Shown in pieces: positions 36,113 to 47,354 of a DNA stretch of 64,000 nt. The first letter of the stretch is position 1. Each line of letters begins with the position of its first letter. Source of the DNA: Trueperaceae bacterium. Its GTDB lineage: Bacteria; Deinococcota; Deinococci; Deinococcales; Trueperaceae. Under the pieces are notes generated by a model. It did no database searches. It saw only the letters and a program-made list of their open reading frames with translations, and was not told the DNA's origin. The translations under genes were made by a program, and so were the position numbers. Location of the stretch: contig CBDCDZ010000004.1 of NCBI GenBank assembly GCA_965215565.1, positions 3,008,001 through 3,072,000 on the forward strand, in the 5' to 3' direction.

Positions 36113-38479
36113 ATGAGATCATCGTTCTTTCTTCTCCTGCTCATGCTCGTCGCCTGTTCGGTGCAGGTTCAGCCGCCCCCCACGTCTCCTGAGCAGCCTG
36201 ACGGACCCTCGGTACAGAGCGGTTTCACGCTCTCGACGGACAGCACCGGCAACAGTCTAGACCCCGGCGGTGAGGTGAGCGGCATCCCGATTCGTATAGA
36301 GCGCATGAGCACGTTTGAGGACGCAGTCACCTTCGAGCTTTTCGGTGCGCCCGAGGGCGTCACGGGGCGCTTTAACCCGCCTAGCACCACAGGCGATTTG
36401 AGCGAGCTGACCCTCCAGGTGAGCAAGAGCACCCCGTCAGGCGAGTACGACTTGACCGTCCGAGGAGCGAGCGGCAGCGCAGGGAGTAGCTCGAGCAGCG
36501 CCGTGCAGATTCCGCTCTTCGTCACCGAGGCGGCGAGCAACAGCCAGCCGGGGTTTAGCGTGGCGCTCTTACCCTCGAGCCTCAACCTCGCGCCCGGCGA
36601 GAGCGAGAGCGTCCGCGTGACGTTCAATAGGAGCGGCGGCGCGAATGGCGCGATTGGGCTCAACATCTCAGGCGAGCCAGCGGGCGTCACCGTCTCTGTA
36701 GATACCACCTCACAGACCCCTACCTTGCGCGTCACGGCAAGTGGCGACGCCGCGCCCGGCAACTACGCGCTGAGCGTTCGCGGCGCAAGCGGCGACCTCA
36801 GCAGCAGCACGCAGCTCGGTCTGAGCATCTCGAGCGGAGACGGCGGAAATGGCGGCGCAGCGGGCAGCGCCCGCATTCGGGGGAGCGTACGCACAGCGAA
36901 CGCAGCTATCTCTCTAGGATCAGTTGAGGTAACAGCGCAAGGCGCTGTTCCTCCAGAGGAAAGCATCTTTAGCACGCCCTCGGCGGAAGAGAGACCTACT
37001 TACGTGCCAGGTCAGGTGCTCGTGCAGTACCGCGAGTCAGGCATAGCGCTGAGCGCGCAATCGCTGCAGCGAGCCGCGCAGCTTAGAGCGGAGGTTCGTA
37101 AGCGCTACGACCTCAATCTGCTGGAGACCGGCGCGCCCAACCAGCCCGACCTCTTAGCCGTTCCTCAAGACCGAGCGGTTGAGGAGGTGGCGGCAACCTT
37201 GCGGCGTGACCCGAACGTCCGCTACGCCGAGCCCAACTACTACCTCTACCCGGCAGACCTTCCGAATGACCCCAACGTAGGCGAGCAGTGGGCGCTTTCA
37301 GCGGCGGGTTTGCCCGTCGCTTGGGGCGCGGAAATTGGCGAGCGCGAGGTCGTCATCGCGGTTTTAGATTCCGGCTTCGACCTCTCGCACGAAGACTTGG
37401 CGAGCCGCTTTGTGCCCGGTTACGATTTCTGCGCTCTCGCGCGCGGCGACTGTACGGGCGCACCGCGCGACGCGGACCCTTCCTACGGCAACGCCGAGAA
37501 CGCTCACGGCACCCTCGTCGCGGGTATCGCGGGCGCGGCGGGCGACAACGGGCGCGGTGTGGCGGGCGCGGCGTATGGCAGCGGCGTGAAGCTCTTGCCC
37601 GTCAAACTCTTTAACGACGCGGGCACGGGCGCAACCGCGCAGAGCTTCGTCCAGGGTATCCGCTGGGCGGTGGGTCTCGAGGTGGATGGCGTACCCGTCA
37701 ACCGCAACCCTGCCCAGGTCATCAACGTCAGCTTGGGTGGCGACTTCAGCAGCAGCATCATGCAGAGCGCGATCGACGAGGCGAGAGCGAGAGGCGCGCT
37801 CATCGTCGCGGCGGCGGGTAACGGTGGGCGGAGCAACGTCGAGGGCGGTATTCTGTCGCCCGCCGCTGCGGAGGGCGTCATCGGCGTCGGGTCTATCAAC
37901 CGCGACTTTAGGCGCTCGTGCTTCTCGAACTACGGCGTCAGTGAGCGCAACGGACCGGGCGGCGTGGACATCGTCGCGCCAGGGGGCGAGGCAGCCTCGG
38001 GGAGCTGCGCCCAGGGCTCCTACGGGCTGCTCAGCACCGCGCCGGGTAACCGCTACAAAACCGCTATCGGCACGTCGTTCGCTACTCCGATGGTCGCGGG
38101 CGCAGCGGCGCTCGTCATGAGTCAGGAGCCTAACCTCAGCGTCTCACAGGTTGAAGCGCGGCTCCTTTCGGGCGCATACTTCGGACGTACGATGAATAGG
38201 GACGAATATGGGCGCGGCGCGCTGCGCGTAGAGCGCTCACTCGGGCTAGCCGGACCCGGCGACAGGGTCAGCGTCAGCGCGGTCGGCGAAAACGTCAGCG
38301 ACTCCTCCCTGGCGACGGTCACGCTCGATCTCTACGGCGGCTCGTCACCCTACAGCCTAGAGGACCTAGCCGCCGGGCGCTACCGCGTCGAAGCGGCAGC
38401 AGACGGTTTGAAAGGCGAAGAGACGCTCACCTTGCGAGACGGTGAGCGCCGCGAAAACGTCTCGTTGGATTTGCGCTAA
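36113..38479 (+). CDS. S8 serine protease lipoprotein with two N-terminal Ig-like repeats
   Basis: Lipobox LVAC; two GF..S......PG...G.P.GVT...G.Y.L.VRGASG repeats; IAVLDSG, HGTLVAG and GTSFATP. Confidence 0.92.
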   Translation: MRSSFFLLLLMLVACSVQVQPPPTSPEQPDGPSVQSGFTLSTDSTGNSLDPGGEVSGIPIRIERMSTFEDAVTFELFGAPEGVTGRFNPPSTTGDLSELTLQVSKSTPSGEYDLTVRGASGSAGSSSSSAVQIPLFVTEAASNSQPGFSVALLPSSLNLAPGESESVRVTFNRSGGANGAIGLNISGEPAGVTVSVDTTSQTPTLRVTASGDAAPGNYALSVRGASGDLSSSTQLGLSISSGDGGNGGAAGSARIRGSVRTANAAISLGSVEVTAQGAVPPEESIFSTPSAEERPTYVPGQVLVQYRESGIALSAQSLQRAAQLRAEVRKRYDLNLLETGAPNQPDLLAVPQDRAVEEVAATLRRDPNVRYAEPNYYLYPADLPNDPNVGEQWALSAAGLPVAWGAEIGEREVVIAVLDSGFDLSHEDLASRFVPGYDFCALARGDCTGAPRDADPSYGNAENAHGTLVAGIAGAAGDNGRGVAGAAYGSGVKLLPVKLFNDAGTGATAQSFVQGIRWAVGLEVDGVPVNRNPAQVINVSLGGDFSSSIMQSAIDEARARGALIVAAAGNGGRSNVEGGILSPAAAEGVIGVGSINRDFRRSCFSNYGVSERNGPGGVDIVAPGGEAASGSCAQGSYGLLSTAPGNRYKTAIGTSFATPMVAGAAALVMSQEPNLSVSQVEARLLSGAYFGRTMNRDEYGRGALRVERSLGLAGPGDRVSVSAVGENVSDSSLATVTLDLYGGSSPYSLEDLAAGRYRVEAAADGLKGEETLTLRDGERRENVSLDLR

Positions 38480-38519
38480 ATGCCCTTACCCCGGTGTATG
38501 CTGTTGCACGGTGGCCGAT

Positions 38520-38720
38520 AAGTGGGGGCTCATCGACCCCGAGCATGAACAAGCGGAGTTTTACCTCTTGGATGAGCGAGGAATTTATCAGGCTGTACCT
38601 TTGAGTGAAGGTGTCTTTCGCAGTGAGGTGTTGGCGGGGCTCGAGCTTGACACCGCGTGGTTATGGAGAGAACCGCTGCCCCCTTTGATGCACGTGCTGA
38701 AAATGTGGGGTTTAGTCTAA
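38520..38720 (+). pseudogene. C-terminal fragment of a Uma2-family endonuclease
   Basis: LIDPEHEQAEFYLL...GVFRSEVLAGLEL..AWLW; no N-terminus. Confidence 0.65.
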
Positions 38721-38722
38721 CG

Positions 38723-39148
38723 TCACTTCACCTTTGACAAGAGCATGTGCGTCGTCGTCTGCCCAAAGCGCATACACGCGCTCAGTAGCGTCTCCAGCGC
38801 CTCCATACTTCCCAACCTCACCTGCACAATAAACGCGCTGTCTCCTACGAGATGATGACAACTCCCAATCGCCTCGGTCTGGTTCACAAAGCGCACGAAG
38901 GCCTTTTCTTGACTGTAAGGGACCGCCACTAGAATAAACGCGCCGATGGGCTTGCCGAGCCGTTGTTGATTCACCTCTACGCGGTAGCCCGTGATGACGC
39001 CTGCGTCCTCGAGCCGCCGCATCCGCTCCTTGACCGCAGGCGCACTCAGCCCGACTTCTTGCGCGATGGCGCTGTAACTCGCTCGAGCGTTTGCCGTGAG
39101 GATGAAGAGTATCTTCTCGTTGGTCGCGTCTAGCAGTTTATTTTCCAT
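38723..39148 (-). CDS. Lrp/AsnC-family regulator, divergent from rocD
   Basis: NARASYSAIAQEVGLSAPAVKERMRRLEDAGVITGY. Confidence 0.92.
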   Translation of the reverse strand: MENKLLDATNEKILFILTANARASYSAIAQEVGLSAPAVKERMRRLEDAGVITGYRVEVNQQRLGKPIGAFILVAVPYSQEKAFVRFVNQTEAIGSCHHLVGDSAFIVQVRLGSMEALETLLSACMRFGQTTTHMLLSKVK

Positions 39149-39246
39149 AGTCAGAAGCTTAATCAACAACAATTTCCAAAGTAAGCACGGTCTATTGTAA
39201 CGGTTTTTGCCTTCCACTTGCGCAGGTTTCGCTCAATAATAGAGGG

Positions 39247-40470
39247 ATGAACACGCGAGACTACATCAACCTAGACGAACACTACGGCGCACGCATCTAC
39301 AAGCCGCTCGACATCGTTGTGAAAAAAGCGGAGGGCGTGTGGCTCCACGACGTGGAGGGCAGACGCTACTTGGACGGGCTGAGCGCGTACTCGGCGGTCA
39401 ACCAGGGGCACGGACACCCGCGTTTGCAGCGGGCGATGATTGAGCAGATGGGGCAGGTGACGTTGACCTCTCGCGCCTTTCGCAACGACCAGATGGGCTT
39501 ATTCCTCCGAGACCTCTGCGAGCTGATGGGCTACGAAATGGCGCTTCCGATGAACACAGGCGCGGAAGCCGTCGAGACCGCTATCAAAGCCGCGCGTAAG
39601 TGGGGCTATCAGACTAAAAATATCCCCGACGGACGAGCCGAAATCATCGTCTTTGACGGCAACTTTCACGGGCGCACCACCACCGTCGTCGGCTTCAGCA
39701 GCGAGGCGCAGTACAAGCAGGACTTCGGACCCTTCACGCCTGGGTTTCAGAGCGTTCCTTACGGCGACCTAGACGCGGTCAAAGAGGTGATGAACAGCAA
39801 CACGGTAGCAGTCCTCATCGAGCCGATTCAGGGCGAAGCGGGCGTGGTGATGCCGCCAGCGGGCTTTTTGAAGGGGTTGGAGGAGCTTTGCCGCGATAAC
39901 AACGTCCTTTTTATCGCGGACGAAATTCAGGCAGGCTTGGGGCGTGCTGGAGGCTTGACGGCGTCGGGGCTCGAGGATGTCAGAGCCGACATGGTCATCT
40001 TAGGCAAAGCCCTGAGTGGCGGCTTTTATCCCGTCTCCGCAGTCCTTGCGAGCCGCGAGATTTCAGGGCGATTCCAGGCAGGCGACCACGGCAGCACCTT
40101 TGCGGGCAATCCGTTAGGAGCCGCCGTCGCACGTGAGGCGTTAGCGATTTTGGTGGATGAGGGCTTAGTCGAGAGGTCAAGGGAGCTAGGGCGCTACGCT
40201 TTGGAGCAGCTTCAGAGCATCGACCATCCCAAGATTAGAGAGGTGCGCGGAAGAGGTCTTTTTATCGCGATAGAGCTTTCAGAAGACGCCAGGAAGTACT
40301 GCGAAGCTCTAGCCGAGCGCGGCTTGCTCTGCAAAGAGACGCGCAAAAATGTGATTCGCTTTGCGCCGCCGTTGGTCATCGAAAAGTCTGAGTTGGATTG
40401 GGCGATTGCGCAGTTTAGAGAGGTGTTTGCGAGTATGGAGCGCGCAGAGCCTACGCTTGTAAAAGGCTAG
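39247..40470 (+). CDS. rocD: Ornithine aminotransferase
   Basis: LSAYSAVNQGH, TLTSRAF, PMNTGAEAVE, GKALSGG and HGSTF. Confidence 0.93.
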   Translation: MNTRDYINLDEHYGARIYKPLDIVVKKAEGVWLHDVEGRRYLDGLSAYSAVNQGHGHPRLQRAMIEQMGQVTLTSRAFRNDQMGLFLRDLCELMGYEMALPMNTGAEAVETAIKAARKWGYQTKNIPDGRAEIIVFDGNFHGRTTTVVGFSSEAQYKQDFGPFTPGFQSVPYGDLDAVKEVMNSNTVAVLIEPIQGEAGVVMPPAGFLKGLEELCRDNNVLFIADEIQAGLGRAGGLTASGLEDVRADMVILGKALSGGFYPVSAVLASREISGRFQAGDHGSTFAGNPLGAAVAREALAILVDEGLVERSRELGRYALEQLQSIDHPKIREVRGRGLFIAIELSEDARKYCEALAERGLLCKETRKNVIRFAPPLVIEKSELDWAIAQFREVFASMERAEPTLVKG

Positions 40471-40518
40471 GTAAACGCACGACATTTCCTTTCCGCGTTT
40501 CGAGGAAAGCGACTGTAT

Positions 40519-41253
40519 TCAACTGTGTCTGCGAATAAACCGCTCGAGCTTTTCAGTGAAGACTCTTGGCGCATCAAGATTGGCGACGTGCCCTGCACCC
40601 GCGATGAGGTCAAAGGTAGCCCGGGGCAAATGCTCAGCGAGTGTTTTAGAAAGCTCCAAATTATGCTTATCCTCACCGCCACAAAGCACTAGCGCAGGCT
40701 TGTCAACCTCTGCAATCCAACCACTCGCGTCGAAGTCGAGTTCAAAGAGGTCGGCTAAAGTCGTAGGACTCAGCGAGGCAATTTCCTGTAGAGCTTGCGA
40801 CTTAAACGCAGAGGGCACGTCTCGAGTCAGTTGAGAAAGTACCTTTTCGGCAAAGGCTTGGGAATCAAAGCTCCTCACGTAATGTGCTGACTGACGCTGC
40901 TGTTCACGCGCCTCATCCGTAAGTTTGACGAAGCCTGCACTGAGCGTGATTGTACGTATCTGCTCTGGATAAACGTTTACGAAGTCGAGCGCGACCAAAG
41001 CGCCGAGCGACAAACCGCAGAGATGAACTGGAGCATTGACTTTTCGCTCAATCAGCCTGCTTATCTGTTCTCGTACTGTTTCAAAAGAAAAAGCACCAGC
41101 TTCTTCGCCGTAACCCGGTAGAAATGGGGCCAACACATAATAGCGCTGGCTGAGGTCGTCGAGTTGAGGCTGCCAAGCGCTAGGACCTGTTCCCATGCCG
41201 TGGAGAAAGATGATGGGGGTGTTCTCTGAGTTGCCCGCCTCGAGGCATTGCAT
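40519..41253 (-). CDS. Alpha/beta hydrolase
   Basis: FLHG, GLSLG nucleophile elbow and AGH. Confidence 0.88.
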   Translation of the reverse strand: MQCLEAGNSENTPIIFLHGMGTGPSAWQPQLDDLSQRYYVLAPFLPGYGEEAGAFSFETVREQISRLIERKVNAPVHLCGLSLGALVALDFVNVYPEQIRTITLSAGFVKLTDEAREQQRQSAHYVRSFDSQAFAEKVLSQLTRDVPSAFKSQALQEIASLSPTTLADLFELDFDASGWIAEVDKPALVLCGGEDKHNLELSKTLAEHLPRATFDLIAGAGHVANLDAPRVFTEKLERFIRRHS

Positions 41254-41314
41254 CCTTTCATCTTATCAAAAGTTACTGCGCTGTCTTACTAAAGTCCCAA
41301 GAGGTCTGTAGCTA

Positions 41315-41542
41315 CTAAGCGACCTCGTCAAATTCATACACAGGCGTTTTGATCGTTCGGCTTGGCTTCTGCTCACCTAAAATCACCCGCTGCAAGCGCT
41401 CTACTACCGCAGGAGCGAAAAACTGCTCGCCCGTTTCCTCATTCACACGTGCAGGGACGTTTCCTATGACGTGAAACTGTCCGTTGCGTTCTAAGGTGTA
41501 GGTTACTCGTTGCCCAATTAACTTTCCATCTCTTTCGTTCAC
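41315..41542 (-). CDS. YgiT-type zinc-finger-like small protein lacking the cysteines
   Basis: VTYTLE.NG...VIGNVPARVNEETGEQFF...PVYEF. Confidence 0.6.
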   Translation of the reverse strand: MNERDGKLIGQRVTYTLERNGQFHVIGNVPARVNEETGEQFFAPAVVERLQRVILGEQKPSRTIKTPVYEFDEVA

Positions 41543-41583
41543 GATTTTTTCCTTCCTTGAATGTTGTCCCCGATTTAGCACTT

Positions 41584-42108
41584 TTATTCGCCTCTAAGCT
41601 TGCTGTAGACGATGAGGTCACGCCAGTCACCCGCACGCCACTGAGCTTTACGTGCTGTACCTTCGCGCGTAAACCCAGCCTTTATCAAGGCCCGCTGCTC
41701 TGCTACGTTCGTCACGTCAGTTGACGCCTCTACATGCGTCACGGTGTAGGTTGAGAATAGGTAATCTGTGAAGAGTCGCTGCGCCTCGGTGCCGTAACCC
41801 TTTCCGCGAAATTTGGGACTCAAGGTTATGCCGATATTGTAAGCTTGGCTCCCTTCGTTCGGACCGTACATGACGCGGTGGTAACTGACGCTGCCGACTA
41901 CATTTTCAGTGTCACTTTCTACAACAACTAAAGTGCCGCCGCGAGAGTCAAGCAGTCCGTTTTTGTTGAATTGTTCCTCGAGCCGTCCCGCTGGCTGAAA
42001 CCCGAACATGTTGTACTCGGAGTTGTGCGTTAGGTCATTGCGCCATTTAGCCAATAAGGGCAAGTCTGAATATTCGACGGGTCTCAGGCGCACCTTTTCT
42101 GTAGTCAC
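41584..42108 (-). CDS. GNAT acetyltransferase (RimJ/RimL-like)
   Basis: VRLRP, FRGKGYGTEA and N...RALIKAGFTREG. Confidence 0.88.
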   Translation of the reverse strand: MTTEKVRLRPVEYSDLPLLAKWRNDLTHNSEYNMFGFQPAGRLEEQFNKNGLLDSRGGTLVVVESDTENVVGSVSYHRVMYGPNEGSQAYNIGITLSPKFRGKGYGTEAQRLFTDYLFSTYTVTHVEASTDVTNVAEQRALIKAGFTREGTARKAQWRAGDWRDLIVYSKLRGE

Positions 42109-42182
42109 CGAGATTCAACCTTTCGCTTCACTGCTGAATGTTGCGATAAACGCACGTAGCTTTTTCAAACCACTAAAAGAGA

Positions 42183-42831
42183 TTAAGGTGACAACCGCTC
42201 AATCCTCCACCTTTCGCTCTCTAACGAATACAAAAACCTATCGTGCAAGCGGCTCGGCCTCCCCTGCCAAAACTCGATGGCAACGGGTCTCACCACGTAG
42301 CCACCCCAGAACTCGGGCAGCGGCACGTCACCCTCGCCGTACGTCTTCTTGAAGCTCCGCCAACCTCTCCTCTAGCACCTCGCGCCCCTCAATCACGCGG
42401 CTCTGATGCGACGCCCACGCGCCGAGTTGCGAGGCGTGCGGACGGCTTTTGAAGTAGGTGAGCGATTCTTCGCGCGAAACCTTACCCACCTCTCCGCGAA
42501 TTCGCACTTGCCGCTCGAGCCCTAACCAGTTAAAGACCAGCGCCACGTTCGGATTCTCAGCCATATCTTGCGCTTTATTGCTTTCGTAATTGCTGTAAAA
42601 GACGAAGCCCCGTTCGTCTAAGCCTTTGAGCAAAACAACTCGAGCCGACGGTTGACCTCTTCCGTTCACGGTGGCTAGGGTCATGGCGTTGGGCTCGAGC
42701 AGCTCCGCCTCGATAGCCTCGTCCAGCCAAGTTCTAAATTGCTCTATAGGGTCAGGATTGAGGTCACTAGGCTCGAGGCTTTTCATCGTGTAGTTCTGAC
42801 GCAAATCGGCAATAGATGCTTTCGTGGACAT
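42183..42831 (-). pseudogene. pdxH: Pyridoxamine 5'-phosphate oxidase with a +1 frameshift near 42345 (possibly an assembly error)
   Basis: EPNAMTLAT, RVVLLK and SQLGAWAS in one frame; PEFWGGY and [13 protein letters not shown] in another; span 649 = 3n+1. Confidence 0.9.
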
Positions 42832-43055
42832 AGGAGTATTGTAAGCTCGAGGTGTTCCCATTCAGCCTCTCAACATATCAAGTAGGACGCAAGTGTCCCA
42901 GTTTGCGCCTCTATGCTACGTCAGCGTGTAGCGAACTATCTCTTCTGAAGACGAATGCGCAAACTGTGGTACACCGAAAAAGAAGAAGTAATTCGGGGCG
43001 CGATACAGATGCGTATAGAGTGATTGCGTAAACTTCTATTCACAGGAGGACCATC

Positions 43056-43360
43056 ATGGACGACAGCAACAAAGAGCAGATGAGGTACAACACCGACGAC
43101 GAGGCGCGTGAGCGCGACGGTAACGCCAGCGACGTGCCGCACATGTTAGACGAAGAGGCGAATACGAGGCCGCTAAGCGCAACGCCTCTAGCGCGGCAGA
43201 TGGAAGACCTCATCGCAGACACGCAGGACTGGATGGAGATGAGCCAGAGCGAAGAGGCGAGAGACATCTACAACACGCTCGTACCGATATTTACGAGCGG
43301 CTCGACAACCCGCCTGAAGACACCGACGACGAAGCGCGGATGGGCGAAGAAGCATTGTAG
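43056..43360 (+). CDS. Small acidic hypothetical protein, probably with a frameshift near 43282
   Basis: AGGAGG RBS; acidic N-terminus; the alternative frame continues TDIYERLDNPPEDTDDEARMGEEAL*. Confidence 0.5.
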
Positions 43361-43619
43361 CAGACTCACATTTCTCTCAGATCAACGCCTTTTGCGCTTA
43401 GAGCGTGAGAATTCATAAAGAGCTTGTGAATGTAAAGAGTGCATGAAGTCAAAAGCGCAGATTTGTAAGCAACCGGCGGGAGGGTAACAGGTAAACTCGC
43501 TCAGCACTGAAGCTTTCTTGCTTCATGAATAACACTGTGTAACGTTCTCTTCTCAGTGTTTCGCCCTAGCGTGCCTCGGCTTACTCACTTCCGATGTCCC
43601 TACACGCTAGGGTTTCCTT

Positions 43620-45679
43620 ATGTCGAAGCGTACGCCTAACCGTTCAGCCCCAAACCGTTTAGCTCAAGGAGACGAGCCCCTACCTCTTACAGCACGCTAA
43701 TAACCCCGTGGACTGGTTTCCGTGGGGAGAGGAGGCGTTTGCTAAGGCTCGAAGCGGAAGACAAACCCATCCTCCTCTCGGTAGGCTACTCGGCGTGCCA
43801 CTGGTGCCACGTGATGGCGCACGAATCGTTCGAGGACGAGGCGACGGCAGAACTCATGAACCGTGACTTCGTGAGCGTCAAAGTGGACCGCGAAGAGCGC
43901 CCCGACGTGGACGCGATTTACATGAACGCGGTGCAGGCGATGACAGGCGCGGGTGGCTGGCCCATGACCGTGGCGATGACCCCGGACGGCAAACCGTTTT
44001 TCGGCGGCACGTACTACCCGCCCGAAGACCGCTACGGACACCCAAGTTTTAAGCGCGTATTGACGAGCCTAGCGGACGCCTGGCGGACGCGGCGCGAAGA
44101 GGTCGTGAAGTCGGCGGAGGGGATGACGCAGTATTTGGGGCAGCTCTCGAGTCTCCCTACCCAACCCGGCGACTTGAGCGCTGATATTTTAGAGGACGCT
44201 CTAAAAAGTTTGCAGACCTCTTTCGATAGAGTGTCAGGCGGTTTCGGCGGCGCACCCAAATTTCCACCTCATAGCACTTTGGATTTTCTGCTCAACCGCT
44301 CTGAACCTGTAGCAAGAGAGATGGCAGACCTCACGCTCACAAAGATGGCTAGGGGCGGCATCTACGACCAACTAGGCGGCGGCTTTGCTCGCTACAGCGT
44401 GGACGCCGTGTGGCTCGTGCCGCACTTCGAAAAGATGCTCTACGACAACGCGCAACTTGTGAGGCGTTACCTGAGAGCGTATCAGCAGACGGGTCAACCT
44501 CTTTACAAGGAGACGGCGGAAGGTACGCTCGAGTGGGTTAAGCGAGAGATGACCGATCCTTCGGGCGGCTTTTACAGCGCTCTGGACGCCGATTCTGAGG
44601 GCGTCGAGGGCAAGTTCTATGTTTGGGACGAAGACGAGGTAGAGGACCTCTTGGGTGAGGACGCACCTCTTGCAAAGGCGTATTACGGCGTTTCAAGTGC
44701 GGGCAACTTCGAAGGTAAGAATATCCTCAACGTCACGCGCTCAAAAGAAGAGGTTGCGGAGCAACTCAATCTCAGTTCAGAGGATTTCGAGAAGAGGTTG
44801 GCGCGTGTCAACGAGGTGCTTTTTGAGGCGAGAGAAAAGCGCGTCCGCCCCGGCTTAGACGATAAAATTCTCCTCTCTTGGAACGGACTCATGCTCGCCG
44901 CGTTTGCCGACGCCGGGCGTATTTTAGAGCGGCAAGATTATCTCGATATTGCGGTAAAAAACGCCGAATTTATCCGCCTCGAGATGCTGCGAGACGGGCG
45001 CTTGCTCCACTCCTATAAAAGTGGCGAAGCGAAGATTGCCGGGCTTCTAGAAGATTACGCCTACTTCGGACTCGGTTTAGTCGCGCTCTATCAAGCGACG
45101 TTCGACAGTCAGTGGCTACTCCTCGCCTTAGAACTCGCGGACACCATCACGAAACACTTTCACGACGCCGAGAACGGCGGCTTTTTTAGCACCGCCGACG
45201 ACGCAGAAAAACTCATCGTGCGCCCCAAAGACTTCTTCGACGCGGCGGTTCCTTCGGACAATGGGGCGGCGGCGGAACTGCTTGTAACCTTAGCGCGGTA
45301 TACGGACAACCGCGCGTGGGAAGACTTGGCGGCCGGGGCGATCAAGCCGATGACAGAGGCGATGAAACGGCAGCCTAGCGGCTTCGGGACGCTGCTCGGT
45401 GCGTTAGAGAGGTTATTGAGTGAGCCTCGAGAAATCGCCATCTTCGGAAACAAAGAGGATGAAGAGGTGCAGAGGCTTCTCCAAAGCGTTCGCGAACACA
45501 CCTCACCCTTTACCGCGTTCGCTGTCGTCGAACAAGATGATCCGCTCATCCCTCATCTACCTTTTTTACAAGAGAGAGGTCAGATAGAGGGCAAACCAAC
45601 CGTCTACGTCTGCGAAGGTGGCGCGTGCAGATTACCCGTGACAACGGTTGAAGAGGTGCGCTCACAACTTAGGCGCTAA
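43620..45679 (+). CDS. YyaL/SSP411-like thioredoxin-domain protein with two +1 frameshifts in the first 130 nt
   Basis: [49 protein letters not shown] and [10 protein letters not shown]; span 2060 = 3n+2. Confidence 0.88.
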
Positions 45680-45688
45680 AATAGATTT

Positions 45689-45976
45689 ATGCCGTTAGCA
45701 CTACCCGAAGACTTGCGTCAGTTACTAGGGCAACTCGGCGAGCGTTTAGGGGAGTTTTACGCTGGGCTCATCCTCTTCGGTTCGTATGCGAGGGGGGATT
45801 GGACGGAGCACAGCGATGTGGATTTGCTTTTGTTGCTCGAGGGGGAGGTCGGCTCGAGTAGGGAAATTATGCGAGCCGAAGATGTTGCTTATCCCTTTGC
45901 GCTAGAATCTGGTCATCTTTTGACCCTGGTTCCTGTCAGTATTGATACGGCTTTTGCGACGACTCAGTATTGGTGA
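45689..45976 (+). CDS. Minimal nucleotidyltransferase (MNT antitoxin type), C-terminus possibly damaged
   Basis: LFGSYARGD...SDVDLL. Confidence 0.8.
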   Translation: MPLALPEDLRQLLGQLGERLGEFYAGLILFGSYARGDWTEHSDVDLLLLLEGEVGSSREIMRAEDVAYPFALESGHLLTLVPVSIDTAFATTQYW

Positions 45977-46014
45977 ACCTCTCCTGATCAGCGTACGCGA
46001 GGAAGGAATCAGCA

Positions 46015-46400
46015 TATCAGCGAGATAGAACACATAAAGAAGCAAGCTGCCCTCTTAGAAAAAGCGGAGCGCTCTTTGCGTGTCGCCGAAGAGATTTACA
46101 AGGGCGGCAGCTTCGACTTTGCCGCGTTACGCGCTTATTACACTTATTTCTACACAGTTGAAGCGCTTTGACTCTCGCAAGGGGTAACGGTCTCGAGTTA
46201 CAGAGAAGCAATATCTCAGTACGGTTTACATTTCGCGAAGACTAAGCGCCTTGACCCCGCCTTTCATAGGATGATGCGCAGAGCTTTTGGACTACGTTAA
46301 ATCGGCGACTACATGATTGAGAAACCCGTCGCGCCTCAAGACGCTGAAGAGGTCATCCGCGAAGGATGGATGTTCTTAAAGGCGGCTAAGGCTTATACGG
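46015..46400 (+). pseudogene. HEPN-domain gene with internal stops
   Basis: LLEKAERSLRVAEE...AALRAYY..FY..EAL*...FHRMMRRAFGLR*IGDY...AEEVI. Confidence 0.72.
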
Positions 46401-46678
46401 AATTGCACGGTTTACTTACTCTTGCCAAGGGCGTTAGAGCTTACCATCACAGATGGGTACGGCATAGTTTTGCAAACTAAGTAGGTGTGTCGAAATAACC
46501 TAAACTAGAGAATGTCAACGAAGTTCGTTCTGAGCGCAAAAACTTCCTCGAGATAGTTTAGGGTATTGAAGTCGAAGTACTTATGCCGTGCAACCTCGTA
46601 TTACCTCGCCTCGCTCTAGCCTTACGCATTGTCCGTGAAATAGCAAGCAACTTCCGAACTCTGCTTTAGAATAAGCAC

Positions 46679-47230
46679 ATGGCAAATATAGAAACCGCAA
46701 CCCTCGGCGCAGGCTGCTTCTGGTGCGTCGAAGCTGTCTTCCAAGACTTAAAAGGCGTCCAGCGCGTCATCTCCGGCTACACGGGCGGCGAGACGCGAAG
46801 CCCCACCTACCGCGAAATCTGCGGCGGCGACACGGGTCATGCCGAAGTCATCCAAATCACCTTTGACCCAGAAGTTATCTCTTTTGAAGACCTCTTATAT
46901 GTCTTCTGGCGCACGCACGACCCGACGACCTTAAACCGTCAAGGCGCGGACACCGGTACGCAGTACCGCTCAGCGATTTTTTACCACAGCGAAGCGCAAA
47001 AAGAGATTGCCGAAAGGTCCAAAGCCGAAGCCGACGCTGCCGCCCTCTACCGCAATCCCATCGTCACCGAAATCACGTCCGCTTCTGAGTTTTACGAAGC
47101 GGAGACGTATCACCAGAACTTCTACCGCCAAAATCCGAGTCAGGGCTACTGCCGCGTGGTGATCGACCCCAAGGTGAAGAAGTTGAGGAAAGAGTTTGGG
47201 GATAAGTTGAAGGGTGCGCAGGCTGCCTAA
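46679..47230 (+). CDS. msrA: Peptide methionine sulfoxide reductase A
   Basis: GCFWC, GHAE, HDPTTLNRQG and YHQNFY. Confidence 0.96.
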   Translation: MANIETATLGAGCFWCVEAVFQDLKGVQRVISGYTGGETRSPTYREICGGDTGHAEVIQITFDPEVISFEDLLYVFWRTHDPTTLNRQGADTGTQYRSAIFYHSEAQKEIAERSKAEADAAALYRNPIVTEITSASEFYEAETYHQNFYRQNPSQGYCRVVIDPKVKKLRKEFGDKLKGAQAA

Positions 47231-47354
47231 GTAGTGGCGTCACGCTAGCGGACTGCAGAAGGTTGAATGGACATATTCCGCTCAACCTTCTTTTGATGTC
47301 CAAGCTTGAATTTAGTGCCCCGAGATAGCTGTAACTTACGTAGGATATTGAGGA

